Source of the DNA: Escherichia phage vB_EcoM_PTE-Eco05
Strand: one strand, 5' to 3'
Length of the DNA stretch: 64,000 nt
Sequence record: PQ306573.1
The notes beneath the pieces are model-generated. The model ran no database searches and had not been told where the DNA came from. It saw nothing but the letters and a program-made list of their open reading frames with translations. The number at the start of each line of letters is the position of its first letter. The first letter of the stretch is position 1. Shown piece by piece: positions 9,718 to 18,445 of the stretch. The position numbers were made by a program, and so were the translations under genes.

Positions 9718-10434
9718 ATGGGAAAACATAACACAATGAAATATATCAAAGCCGCAGATTTTCAAGCCGCATTTAAAGCAGTCAATCGTGAAATTTTAGA
9801 AAACCCGGAATTCGTAACTGATTCTCGTATTGGACGTTGTAATGAAATTGGGTCTATGACAGTAGTTGTTGACACTCCATCATCATTCAAAATGACCGAC
9901 CCACGTATTAACCGCATCTCTTATGAATATGCCGAAGACTTCTGGAAGTTTATGATTTCTGGTGGTACCAACGCAGAAGAAGCGTTTAAGGCATATCCTA
10001 ATGTCGCTAAATTTATTTCTAAACCAAAATCAGATGTTTTGCCGGCGAACTTCAACACTTTCTATGGTCCTCGCATTGCGGCCCAATTACCAGCTCTTCT
10101 AAAAGAACTTAAAGAGAAGCCTAACTCTCGAAGAGTTGTGTTCCAAATTCTAGAAAGTTCTGATCAGGCTTTGCTTGATTCAGACGAAACGCTTGAATAT
10201 CCATGTACTGACTCAGTGACTTATTATATCCGTGATGGTAAGCTTTATACCCACTGTCATATGCGTTCTCAGAACTGCGCTGTTGTTATGCAGTTGGATT
10301 TTTATCTCCAAGGAAAATTACTTCATTATATCGCTAACGAATGCGGTGTAGAAGTTGGTGATTATACTCATACCATGGTAAGTGCCCATGTGTTTGAACG
10401 TGATTTTGATTATGTTAAAGGATTCCTTGACTAA
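9718..10434 (+). CDS. 42: dCMP hydroxymethylase-like enzyme (thymidylate synthase superfamily), gp42 position
   Basis: 238 aa; TS-fold catalytic region YPCTDSVTYYIRDGKLYTHCHMRSQN (active-site Cys, RSxD-like); located between gene 43 block and uvsX as T4 gene 42. Confidence 0.7.
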   Translation: MGKHNTMKYIKAADFQAAFKAVNREILENPEFVTDSRIGRCNEIGSMTVVVDTPSSFKMTDPRINRISYEYAEDFWKFMISGGTNAEEAFKAYPNVAKFISKPKSDVLPANFNTFYGPRIAAQLPALLKELKEKPNSRRVVFQILESSDQALLDSDETLEYPCTDSVTYYIRDGKLYTHCHMRSQNCAVVMQLDFYLQGKLLHYIANECGVEVGDYTHTMVSAHVFERDFDYVKGFLD

Positions 10435-11333
10435 TGGCTATTTTCCGCGTACCAATCTTGAGTATGCGGTCTTATGAAACTGGACAGTATGCTATCCTTA
10501 AGGATGGCAACTTCCAACTTCATTTGCACCGTGCTAATCCGGGTGATGTGATTACATATCCACGTAATGCATCTGATATTAAAGAATGCGAACGTCTTTT
10601 TCCAGAATTTAAGTTTGTTCCATTATGGTATAAAGATAACGCGTATAACACTCGTAAATATTTCTGGTCTGAAAATGAATTTGTGGTTGATTCATTAATT
10701 GCTTATTATGATTGTGATTTTCTAATCACAGATATCACTGGATATGACGGCGCTTTTGATGTGGAATTCAATTTCAATATCACTGCAGACCCTAATAAAC
10801 CACGTTTTTATATTGACGAATTCTTAAAAACTGATATGTTGTCGGTTAATCGTTCACTTCAAACTACTGTGTTGAATGAACGTCAAAAAGAAGTGCTGGT
10901 TAACGCAGGTGCAGATGGTAATAAGATTATCGTAACGCAGAAAGTTATACGTCCTTCCATCATGCAGCGTCTTGTAGGTGATTTGGCTCCTATTTATCTA
11001 GATGGTATTTTTCATCCATTTCGAATTAGTGACCCGTGCTATCGTTTTGAACAAGTGGTTGAATGTGCAATTCAATTAGGCCAACCGCTTTATATAACCG
11101 ATCCAAATAATAGCTTCGACAGAAATAAGTATCCTGAAGAAGCGCTGATTCGAATTTTTAAACCAACTAAAACAGAGTACTATCAAATTCTTAAAGGGCG
11201 TCCTAAAATTCAATATTTCGAAAATCCTGAAGAAGTATTCCATCCAGGTCTTGGTGAGTTCATCTACTTTAATGCTTTAATTTCTTCGCCGTATAATATA
11301 CCTAAATATGAAGATGTCGTAATCGAGGAATAA
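10434..11333 (+). CDS. Hypothetical protein occupying the T4 beta-glucosyltransferase slot; candidate DNA-modification enzyme
   Basis: 299 aa; start overlaps gene 42 stop; no similarity to T4 beta-gt that I recognise. Confidence 0.55.
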   Translation: MAIFRVPILSMRSYETGQYAILKDGNFQLHLHRANPGDVITYPRNASDIKECERLFPEFKFVPLWYKDNAYNTRKYFWSENEFVVDSLIAYYDCDFLITDITGYDGAFDVEFNFNITADPNKPRFYIDEFLKTDMLSVNRSLQTTVLNERQKEVLVNAGADGNKIIVTQKVIRPSIMQRLVGDLAPIYLDGIFHPFRISDPCYRFEQVVECAIQLGQPLYITDPNNSFDRNKYPEEALIRIFKPTKTEYYQILKGRPKIQYFENPEEVFHPGLGEFIYFNALISSPYNIPKYEDVVIEE

Positions 11334-11334
11334 A

Positions 11335-11883
11335 ATGGCTAAAATTATTTTAGTAGATGGCCCAGATAATGCTGGTAAAACAACTTTCATTAATGACATA
11401 ATGGAAATTAGTGAAAGATATGTAAAGATTGATTTCCCTAAACGAACAGTTGATGGGCGTTTCGATGTTAAGTCTCGAAATGAAGTTGGCTGCTTCGAAA
11501 CGATGTTGAATTATTTAGACCCTACTAAGATTTATCTGTTAGACCGTGGATATATTAGTAACTGGGTTTATGGACGTATTCGACAAGATGCGGACTCGGT
11601 TCTTGACGTTTATGAACAGGATTATGTTCGTCTTTGCCAAAACCATGATGTGTTCACAATTATTTTAACACGTAACGAAATGACTGAAAGTTTTGAAGAC
11701 GACCTTATTACTTTGTCCTCATTCGGTTTTAATACAGTCATTTCACATTTTGAAGAGTTTGCAATTCATAACAAAATCCAAACGTATCAATTACTTAATC
11801 ATGATGGTGCTAACAAAGTTATAGGATTTAATGCAAGCGAACGTAATTATTTGATTACAGAAATTATCAAATGGGCTCGTTAA
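11335..11883 (+). CDS. P-loop kinase, thymidylate-kinase/dNMP-kinase-like
   Basis: 182 aa; Walker A GPDNAGKTT and a DRGY motif resembling the TMK DRY motif. Confidence 0.55.
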   Translation: MAKIILVDGPDNAGKTTFINDIMEISERYVKIDFPKRTVDGRFDVKSRNEVGCFETMLNYLDPTKIYLLDRGYISNWVYGRIRQDADSVLDVYEQDYVRLCQNHDVFTIILTRNEMTESFEDDLITLSSFGFNTVISHFEEFAIHNKIQTYQLLNHDGANKVIGFNASERNYLITEIIKWAR

Positions 11884-11903
11884 GAGCCATTTAAAGTTTT
11901 AAA

Positions 11904-11928
11904 TGCTGTATAACCCTTAGTATATAAT
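11904..11928 (+). promoter_or_regulatory. Candidate middle promoter upstream of uvsX (TGCTGTA box, then TATAAT)
   Basis: aaatgctgtataacccttagtaTATAAT; MotA-box-like with correct spacing to the -10. Confidence 0.3.
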
Positions 11929-11981
11929 CATCTTATCTTTTAAACATGAGTAAAATATAATGATGCCTATGGAAAAATACA

Positions 11982-13154
11982 ATGTCTGATTTAAAATCTC
12001 GTCTGATTAAAGCTTCTACTTCTAAAATGACTGCAGACTTGACTAAGTCTAAGCTGTTTAATAATCGTGATGAAGTCCCTACTCGTATTCCGATGTTGAA
12101 TATTGCACTAGGTGGTGCACTGAATGCCGGGTTGCAATCAGGCTTAACTATTTTTGCTGCTCCTTCTAAACACTTTAAAACATTGTTTGGGCTGACCATG
12201 GTTGCAGCATATATGAAGAAATATAAAGATGCAATCTGTTTGTTTTATGACTCAGAATTCGGTGCTTCAGAATCTTATTTTCGTTCAATGGGTGTTGATT
12301 TAGACCGTGTAGTTCATACTCCGATTCAATCTGTCGAACAACTTAAAGTTGATATGACTAATCAGCTTGACGCGATTGAACGCGGTGATAAAGTTATTAT
12401 CTTTATCGATTCAATCGGTAATACTGCATCTAAGAAAGAAACCGAAGATGCGTTGAACGAGAAAGTTGTAGGTGATATGTCTCGTGCTAAGGCACTTAAA
12501 TCTCTGTTCCGCATTGTGACTCCTTATCTGACTATTAAAGATATTCCATGTGTTGCAATCAACCATACAGCAATGGAAATCGGCGGATTGTATCCTAAAG
12601 AGATTATGGGCGGTGGTACCGGTATTCTTTATTCTGCCAACACGGTATTTTTTATCTCTAAACGTCAGGTTAAAGAAGGTACAGAATTGACCGGTTATGA
12701 CTTCACGTTGAAAGCAGAAAAATCTCGTACAGTTAAAGAGAAATCTACTTTCCCAATCACGGTTAATTTTGATGGCGGTATTGACCCATTCAGTGGCTTG
12801 TTAGAAATGGCAACTGAAATTGGATTTGTTGTTAAGCCTAAAGCCGGTTGGTATGCTCGCGAATTCCTTGACGAAGAAACAGGTGAAATGATTCGTGAAG
12901 AAAAATCATGGCGTGCTAAAGCTACTGATTGTGTAGAATTCTGGGGACCTTTGTTTAAACACAAACCTTTCCGAGATGCAATTGAAACTAAATATAAACT
13001 AGGTGCTATCTCTTCTATTAAAGAAGTTGATGACGCTGTTAACGACCTTATTAATTGCAAAGCAACAACTAAAGTTCCGGTTAAAACTTCTGATGCTCCG
13101 TCTGCAGCAGATATAGAAAACGACCTTGACGAAATGGAAGATTTCGATGAATAA
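11982..13154 (+). CDS. uvsX: Recombinase UvsX (RecA/Rad51 family)
   Basis: 390 aa; RecA-fold P-loop GAPSKHFKT, acidic C-terminal tail. Confidence 0.92.
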   Translation: MSDLKSRLIKASTSKMTADLTKSKLFNNRDEVPTRIPMLNIALGGALNAGLQSGLTIFAAPSKHFKTLFGLTMVAAYMKKYKDAICLFYDSEFGASESYFRSMGVDLDRVVHTPIQSVEQLKVDMTNQLDAIERGDKVIIFIDSIGNTASKKETEDALNEKVVGDMSRAKALKSLFRIVTPYLTIKDIPCVAINHTAMEIGGLYPKEIMGGGTGILYSANTVFFISKRQVKEGTELTGYDFTLKAEKSRTVKEKSTFPITVNFDGGIDPFSGLLEMATEIGFVVKPKAGWYAREFLDEETGEMIREEKSWRAKATDCVEFWGPLFKHKPFRDAIETKYKLGAISSIKEVDDAVNDLINCKATTKVPVKTSDAPSAADIENDLDEMEDFDE

Positions 13155-13488
13155 TCTCGATGATTTGAATCTAGAAATCGTTGATGAATCCCCTTCTTCG
13201 GAAGGGGAGGACATTCGCAAAGAACGAGTGTTTAATGAATCTCTTAAAATTATCCGTTCAGCAATGGAAAATGTCATTCAAGAGATTCTGATTACACTTG
13301 AAGACGGTTCCCATCATATAGTCTATATTACAAAACTAGACTGGGTCGATGGTAAAATCGTAATGGACTTTGCAGTTCTTGACCAGGACAGAAAAGCAGA
13401 ACTTGCACCACATGTTGAAAAATGTGTTACAATGCAAGTACAACAAGCTTTTAATGAACGAACCAAGAAAAAATTTAAATTCTTTTAA
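13147..13488 (+). CDS. 40: gp40-like protein (head vertex assembly factor position)
   Basis: Track ORF 13126..13488 trimmed to the ATG overlapping the uvsX end; about 113 aa; synteny uvsX-40-41. Confidence 0.55.
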   Translation: MNNLDDLNLEIVDESPSSEGEDIRKERVFNESLKIIRSAMENVIQEILITLEDGSHHIVYITKLDWVDGKIVMDFAVLDQDRKAELAPHVEKCVTMQVQQAFNERTKKKFKFF

Positions 13489-13497
13489 GGAGTTATC

Positions 13498-14940
13498 GTG
13501 GTAGAAATTATTTTGTCTCATCTAGTATACGACCAGGCTTATTTTTCTAAGGTCTGGCCTTATATGGATTCTGAGTATTTTGAGCGTGGACCGGCAAAAA
13601 ACGTCTTTAAAATTATAAAGAGCCACGTTAACGAATATAATGCAATGCCATCTATCAATGCATTAAAGGTGGCTTTAGATAACAGTTCTTTAACTGAAGC
13701 CGAATATAAAGGAACTTCAGACCTAATTGAAAAATTGGCTGATACTCCTGAAGACCACGAATGGTTGGTTAAAGAAACTGAGAAATATGTCCAGCAAAAA
13801 GCGATGTATAATGCTACGTCCAAAATCATTGAGATTCAGTCTAATGCTGAACTACCTCCAGAACAACGTAACAAGAAAATGCCTGACGTAGGAGCTATTC
13901 CTGATATTATGCGTCAAGCACTTTCAATTTCGTTTGATAGTTATGTTGGACATGACTGGATGGAAGACTACGAAGCACGCTGGCTTTCTTATCTAAATAA
14001 AGCACGTAAGGTCCCGTTCAAATTAAACATTCTGAATAAAATCACTAAAGGTGGTGCTGAAACCGGTACACTAAACGTTTTAATGGCAGGTGTTAACGTC
14101 GGTAAATCTTTAGGCCTTTGTTCACTTGCTGCAGATTATCTTCAAACAGGTCATAATGTTCTTTATATTTCCATGGAAATGGCTGAAGAAGTTTGTGCTA
14201 AGCGTATAGATGCAAACATGCTTGACGTATCACTCGATGATATCGATGATGGTAACGTATCTTATGCTGAATATAAAGCCAAGATGGAAAAATGGCGTTC
14301 AAAATCCACATTAGGACGTTTAGTAGTTAAACAGTATCCTACTGGTGGAGCTAATGCTAATACATTTCGTGCATTGCTTAATGAGTTAAAACTTAAGAAG
14401 AACTTTGTGCCATCTGTAATCATGGTTGATTACTTAGGTATTTGTGGGTCTTGTCGTATCAGAGTTTACACTGAAAATAGCTACACATTAGTTAAAGCTA
14501 TCGCAGAAGAACTTCGTGCATTAGCAGTAGAATCTGAAACAGTTCTATGGACTGCAGCTCAAGTAGGACGTGCAGCATGGGATGCTTCAGACATGAACAT
14601 GAGTGATATTGCAGAATCAGCAGGTTTACCAGCAACGGCAGATTTCATGTTGGCCGTAATTGAAACCGAAGAACTTGCACAAGCTGAACAACAACTTATC
14701 AAACAAATCAAATCACGATACGGTGATAAGAATAAGTGGAATAAATTCCTGATGGGTGTACGTAAAGGCAACCAGAAATGGATTGAGATTGAGCAAGAAG
14801 GCATGAACACACCTAACACAGTAAATGAAAACGCAGGTGCTCAGATGCGTCAGGCAGAGGTGAATCGTACGGAACGCGTAGGTAAAGCCAAAGCAACACG
14901 TGCTGACCTAGATAGCTTAGCCAATGAGTTAAAATTTTAA
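13498..14940 (+). CDS. 41: Replicative DNA helicase gp41 (DnaB-like)
   Basis: 480 aa; GTG start after aaggag RBS; Walker A GVNVGKSLGL; DnaB-family motifs. Confidence 0.92.
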   Translation: MVEIILSHLVYDQAYFSKVWPYMDSEYFERGPAKNVFKIIKSHVNEYNAMPSINALKVALDNSSLTEAEYKGTSDLIEKLADTPEDHEWLVKETEKYVQQKAMYNATSKIIEIQSNAELPPEQRNKKMPDVGAIPDIMRQALSISFDSYVGHDWMEDYEARWLSYLNKARKVPFKLNILNKITKGGAETGTLNVLMAGVNVGKSLGLCSLAADYLQTGHNVLYISMEMAEEVCAKRIDANMLDVSLDDIDDGNVSYAEYKAKMEKWRSKSTLGRLVVKQYPTGGANANTFRALLNELKLKKNFVPSVIMVDYLGICGSCRIRVYTENSYTLVKAIAEELRALAVESETVLWTAAQVGRAAWDASDMNMSDIAESAGLPATADFMLAVIETEELAQAEQQLIKQIKSRYGDKNKWNKFLMGVRKGNQKWIEIEQEGMNTPNTVNENAGAQMRQAEVNRTERVGKAKATRADLDSLANELKF

Positions 14941-14945
14941 TAAAA

Positions 14946-14968
14946 AGGAGACTTCGGTCTCCTTTCGG
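14946..14968 (+). terminator. Rho-independent terminator after gene 41 (aggagac ttcg gtctcct)
   Basis: 7-bp stem, UUCG loop, followed by ttcggggttt. Confidence 0.6.
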
Positions 14969-14969
14969 G

Positions 14970-14999
14970 GTTTACATCTTCCTCTAGGCATGATATGAT
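14970..14999 (+). promoter_or_regulatory. Early-type promoter (GTTTACA, about 17 bp, TATGAT)
   Basis: -35 GTTTACA and -10-like element upstream of ORF 15029; spacer tcttcctct is complementary to the downstream RBS agaggaa. Confidence 0.5.
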
Positions 15000-15028
15000 G
15001 TACTTACACCAACCAAGAGGAAAACATT

Positions 15029-15403
15029 ATGAATATGTCTCAAGCAATTTTTACTGCAATCACCGAAAACACAACTGTTGAAGTAGTTTCTCCGCTGGCA
15101 ACCTACGTTATTCTTGCTCCTAAAACTATTGTATCTCGTATGGAAAACATGGGCAAACGTATCGTACAAATTGTTGGAGCCGGAAATCAAAAACTTGATT
15201 ATCTGCGAACCATCAAAGCTTATGAACATTTCCAGCTCGAAAAAGGTTCTCCTATCCAGGTAGAACTCGTAAATGGTGATATCGTTCGAGCAATGTTCCA
15301 TCATTTCTATGCATTGAATGACCCATCTAAAGCGGTTCGTTTGATTGCATATGACGCAAACCAAAACGAAATCAACGCAGATATATCTAAATTACGTTTT
15401 TAA
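15029..15403 (+). CDS. Hypothetical protein (124 aa)
   Basis: ATG with agaggaaaa RBS. Confidence 0.55.
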   Translation: MNMSQAIFTAITENTTVEVVSPLATYVILAPKTIVSRMENMGKRIVQIVGAGNQKLDYLRTIKAYEHFQLEKGSPIQVELVNGDIVRAMFHHFYALNDPSKAVRLIAYDANQNEINADISKLRF

Positions 15404-15436
15404 GTTTACTTCTCCAGTAGTTGTGTTATTATAGAC
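15404..15436 (+). promoter_or_regulatory. Early-type promoter (GTTTAC, spacer, TATTATAGACC)
   Basis: Part of a recurring GTTTAC(A), about 17 bp, TAtAGaCCTATCA architecture; embedded in a 14-bp inverted repeat. Confidence 0.5.
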
Positions 15437-15458
15437 CTATCAACTACTGGAGAACAAA

Positions 15459-15776
15459 ATGAAAACCATCGATTGTAAAGCAGAATTTAAGATTTTTTAT
15501 CACGGTTCAAGTAGTTCAGCTAACATCGAAAACATGCTTTGTCCTCCTGAAGAAACAGGAGTTCTGTCTGAAACTGGACGTAAGAAAAACTTGGATCGTG
15601 TATTCTTTACTGAAGATATCGGTTTAGCAAAGATTTATGCAGGACGAGCAGCACGCTCTTATGGAGGTGAACCACGTCTCTATCGAGTAATTTCTCCGGT
15701 AGATGTAGTTCAAATGAATGATACTAAAGGTGCTACAGTTTATCACGCTGAATGGGCATTTTGCGAGGAAATATGA
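15459..15776 (+). CDS. Hypothetical protein (105 aa)
   Basis: ATG 5 nt after ggagaa RBS. Confidence 0.55.
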   Translation: MKTIDCKAEFKIFYHGSSSSANIENMLCPPEETGVLSETGRKKNLDRVFFTEDIGLAKIYAGRAARSYGGEPRLYRVISPVDVVQMNDTKGATVYHAEWAFCEEI

Positions 15777-15961
15777 GCAAATTAACTAAAGTTACTTTTA
15801 TTGGCTGGTTTAAAAGCGGTGAGATGTTCACTAAAGATATCATGTTATCAGGTGATCGTGAAGAAATCGAGTGGGTTGCGGTACAACTTGCTGAAGTGAA
15901 CAACGCATTAGTTAAAGCATTTGTTAATGACGAGAAAGTTTTCGAAGCAGATTTTCGATAA
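15773..15961 (+). CDS. Hypothetical protein (62 aa)
   Basis: Track ORF 15752..15961 trimmed to the ATG overlapping the upstream stop, with gaggaa RBS. Confidence 0.45.
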   Translation: MSKLTKVTFIGWFKSGEMFTKDIMLSGDREEIEWVAVQLAEVNNALVKAFVNDEKVFEADFR

Positions 15962-15974
15962 TTTTAAAATAACT

Positions 15975-16006
15975 GTTTACAAGCCCCACATACTGTGTTA
16001 CTATCT
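15975..16006 (+). promoter_or_regulatory. Early-type promoter (GTTTACA, spacer, TTACTAT)
   Basis: GTTTACA 52 nt upstream of ORF 16033. Confidence 0.45.
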
Positions 16007-16032
16007 TTCTATCAACTACAGAGGAAATTGAA

Positions 16033-16401
16033 ATGAAAAAATTAATCGCTTTAGCAATGGTATTTGGATTAACCGGATGTGGTGCTCATGGCTTTATCCC
16101 TAATAACGTTGGCCAACTGATTTACAATCCGAATGTTAAACAATATGAACAACCTAAAGTTGAAGTGGAAGACCCGGTTACTGTAGGTAATCGAATGATT
16201 CAAGCTGATGCTCATGCTCAACGTTATCGTGATTCTGATACTGTAGCATTGTCAAAAGAACAACGCGTTAAAGAACATTGTCTACAGGCTACTGAAATCG
16301 CATTCATTCGCTATGTTGAAACAACTGGTAAAGAGCCTACCCAGAAACAAATCGCGAATAACTACGTCCAGTGTATTGAACGTTTAAACAAATTTAATTA
16401 A
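16033..16401 (+). CDS. Predicted lipoprotein (122 aa)
   Basis: Signal peptide with lipobox LTGC (MKKLIALAMVFGLTGCG). Confidence 0.6.
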   Translation: MKKLIALAMVFGLTGCGAHGFIPNNVGQLIYNPNVKQYEQPKVEVEDPVTVGNRMIQADAHAQRYRDSDTVALSKEQRVKEHCLQATEIAFIRYVETTGKEPTQKQIANNYVQCIERLNKFN

Positions 16402-16404
16402 TTG

Positions 16405-16440
16405 GTTTACACCAAAGTTAAAATAAGATACTATAAACAT
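16405..16440 (+). promoter_or_regulatory. Early-type promoter (GTTTACA, spacer, TACTATAAA)
   Basis: GTTTACA and -10-like element upstream of ORF 16463. Confidence 0.45.
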
Positions 16441-16462
16441 AACAAATCAAGAGGAAATTAAC

Positions 16463-16711
16463 ATGGAATTATTCGTAGCTAGTTCAGTAGCAGTTTTAAT
16501 CGCAGGTATTGGTTCAATCATCATTTACATGTTGCCTTGGGTAATCGCACTTATTCGTGGCACAAAAAGCACAACAGCAATCTTCTTTGTATCTTTGCTC
16601 TTTAACTGGACGATGATTGGTTGGATTGGAACTTTAATTTGGTCTATCGTTGCCGAAAAGAAATCTGCTCAGCAGCCTCAACAAGTAATTATTATTCGCG
16701 AAAAAGAATAA
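16463..16711 (+). CDS. Small inner-membrane protein (82 aa, two predicted TM helices)
   Basis: Hydrophobic segments VAVLIAGIGSIIIYMLPWVIALI and IFFVSLLFNWTMIGWIGTLIWSIV. Confidence 0.55.
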   Translation: MELFVASSVAVLIAGIGSIIIYMLPWVIALIRGTKSTTAIFFVSLLFNWTMIGWIGTLIWSIVAEKKSAQQPQQVIIIREKE

Positions 16712-16715
16712 ACTT

Positions 16716-16750
16716 GTTTACATTATAGATGGACTATAGTATAGTAGTCC
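16716..16750 (+). promoter_or_regulatory. Early-type promoter (GTTTACA, spacer, TATAGTAGTCC) overlapping palindrome GGACTA/TAGTCC
   Basis: Seen directly; same extended -10 block recurs at about 36781, 37293 and 57015. Confidence 0.5.
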
Positions 16751-16774
16751 TATCAAATCAACTAAGGAGTTAAA

Positions 16775-17068
16775 ATGAAAAAGTTATCATTGGCAGCAAT
16801 CTTACTTGCAGTATCATGTGCACCGGCTCCAGTTACGGCAGGTTATGATAAAGACCTCTGTGAGTGGTCAATGACTGCAAATCAAGAAGATGTTGAACAA
16901 CAAATCTTCTCTGATATCATGAACATCACTAAACGAGACCGTCCTAATATGGTTAATAAAGTTGTTGAACAACTTAAGTCTGGCGGTATCATGCAGTACA
17001 ACTATGTTTTGTATTGTGACCCTAATTTCGATAACAAAGATATCGTAACCGAAATCACAGGTGAATAA
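16775..17068 (+). CDS. sp: Secreted periplasmic protein, Spackle (sp)-like superinfection exclusion factor
   Basis: 97 aa with cleavable signal peptide (MKKLSLAAILLAVSCAPAPVTA); size and position between 41 and 61 match T4 sp; identity from memory, not verified. Confidence 0.55.
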   Translation: MKKLSLAAILLAVSCAPAPVTAGYDKDLCEWSMTANQEDVEQQIFSDIMNITKRDRPNMVNKVVEQLKSGGIMQYNYVLYCDPNFDNKDIVTEITGE

Positions 17069-17069
17069 T

Positions 17070-17720
17070 ATGATTTATTACATGCACAAAAACGCACCAT
17101 TTAAATATGGTAAATTTCCTAATGCACAATGTTATAATATAACGCCGAATGAAAATAATAACGGATACCATATTGGTGTAATTTTTGTAATTGTTAAAGA
17201 TAACGAAATTGTTGCCTGGGCAGATTTTAAAGGTACAACATATGATGTTAATCCTGTGCCTTTCACATATTACAATATAATGGATTTGGCATATGATTAT
17301 AATTGGTTTAATCATGACACGTTGGCTCATATTGAAGGTGTAGGATTTGACATCTCTTATTCTAGCTATTCATTATGTCCTATGAGCCGAGCTCACGGTA
17401 AAGATGTATCATATCTTTCAATTCGGAAACGTGTAAACTTCAAACGCAGTACAGAGTATGTTGGTGGACTCTTTGTTAAAGATAATAAAATAACCCGTAT
17501 TAGTTATCCTTTAAGTGTAGGTCAAAAAGATGTTGATGTTGATTTAGACTTAACTGAAAGTAACATTAATCGTATTGCTTCTGTATATTTTGATATCGAT
17601 GAAAAAATTGTAGTGTGTGGATACGAATTACCACCTGAAGAAAAGGCTGAAACAATTGAAGTCGAATTAGAAATTTCTGTTGATGACCAAATATTTAATG
17701 CATTTATGAATCGAGGTTAA
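17070..17720 (+). CDS. Hypothetical protein (216 aa)
   Basis: Track ORF starts at a GTG at 17061; ATG at 17070 follows aggtga RBS. Confidence 0.5.
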   Translation: MIYYMHKNAPFKYGKFPNAQCYNITPNENNNGYHIGVIFVIVKDNEIVAWADFKGTTYDVNPVPFTYYNIMDLAYDYNWFNHDTLAHIEGVGFDISYSSYSLCPMSRAHGKDVSYLSIRKRVNFKRSTEYVGGLFVKDNKITRISYPLSVGQKDVDVDLDLTESNINRIASVYFDIDEKIVVCGYELPPEEKAETIEVELEISVDDQIFNAFMNRG

Positions 17721-17721
17721 A

Positions 17722-17919
17722 ATGACTACTGCAATTTGCACTGGTTCTAAAATTAGTGTTTTTACAAGTTTTGAAGATTATGAAGTTGTTTCAAAACACC
17801 AATGCCATATTAGCGTAAAAGCTAATGATGGTGTAATTTGGAATATTCCACATTATGAAGACACTACATATGAAGTCACAGATGCGAACGGTGATAAAGC
17901 GATCTTTGTGATTGATTAA
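17722..17919 (+). CDS. Hypothetical small protein (65 aa)
   Basis: ATG immediately after upstream stop. Confidence 0.45.
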   Translation: MTTAICTGSKISVFTSFEDYEVVSKHQCHISVKANDGVIWNIPHYEDTTYEVTDANGDKAIFVID

Positions 17920-17938
17920 ATATACTCAGGAGGTACCT

Positions 17939-18406
17939 ATGGGTATTATTAACACTGCAATAGATTCAGTTTATGCATATAAGTTTATTCGACTAATGCA
18001 AAAACCTTTTACAGAATGGAAAGCGTACGAAGCCAAAATAATCGACGAACGTGGAAGTGTTCTTAAACGTCCTTCTACTCCTGAAGAGAAAGCGGCTTAT
18101 ACACCTTTTCATGCTTCAGTTCGTTCAATGAAGCGAATGATGAGCACTGTTCCGGGTCTTAATGGAATGGCCTCAATGATGTCTGCTTGGAGTGCTGTAG
18201 CTTCACGCTATAACATTACTGAAGAACAACAGAAAGAAATATTTAAAGAACTCCCTTTATTTGAGGATATGGTTGCTGGTGATTCAGGCGGCAGTCCTCA
18301 AGTTATTGCATCAGGAACAACTACAGGTGCAGTCGTAAATAAAGGTCCAGAACAAATTCCTTCCAAGAAAAGAAAGCGAATTAAAGTAAATATTAATAAG
18401 TTGTGA
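17939..18406 (+). CDS. Hypothetical protein (155 aa)
   Basis: Track ORF 17912..18406 trimmed to the ATG preceded by strong RBS caggaggtacct. Confidence 0.5.
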   Translation: MGIINTAIDSVYAYKFIRLMQKPFTEWKAYEAKIIDERGSVLKRPSTPEEKAAYTPFHASVRSMKRMMSTVPGLNGMASMMSAWSAVASRYNITEEQQKEIFKELPLFEDMVAGDSGGSPQVIASGTTTGAVVNKGPEQIPSKKRKRIKVNINKL

Positions 18407-18445
18407 TAAGATGGCCTTATTAATTTAAGGCCTCTGGAGAATACT

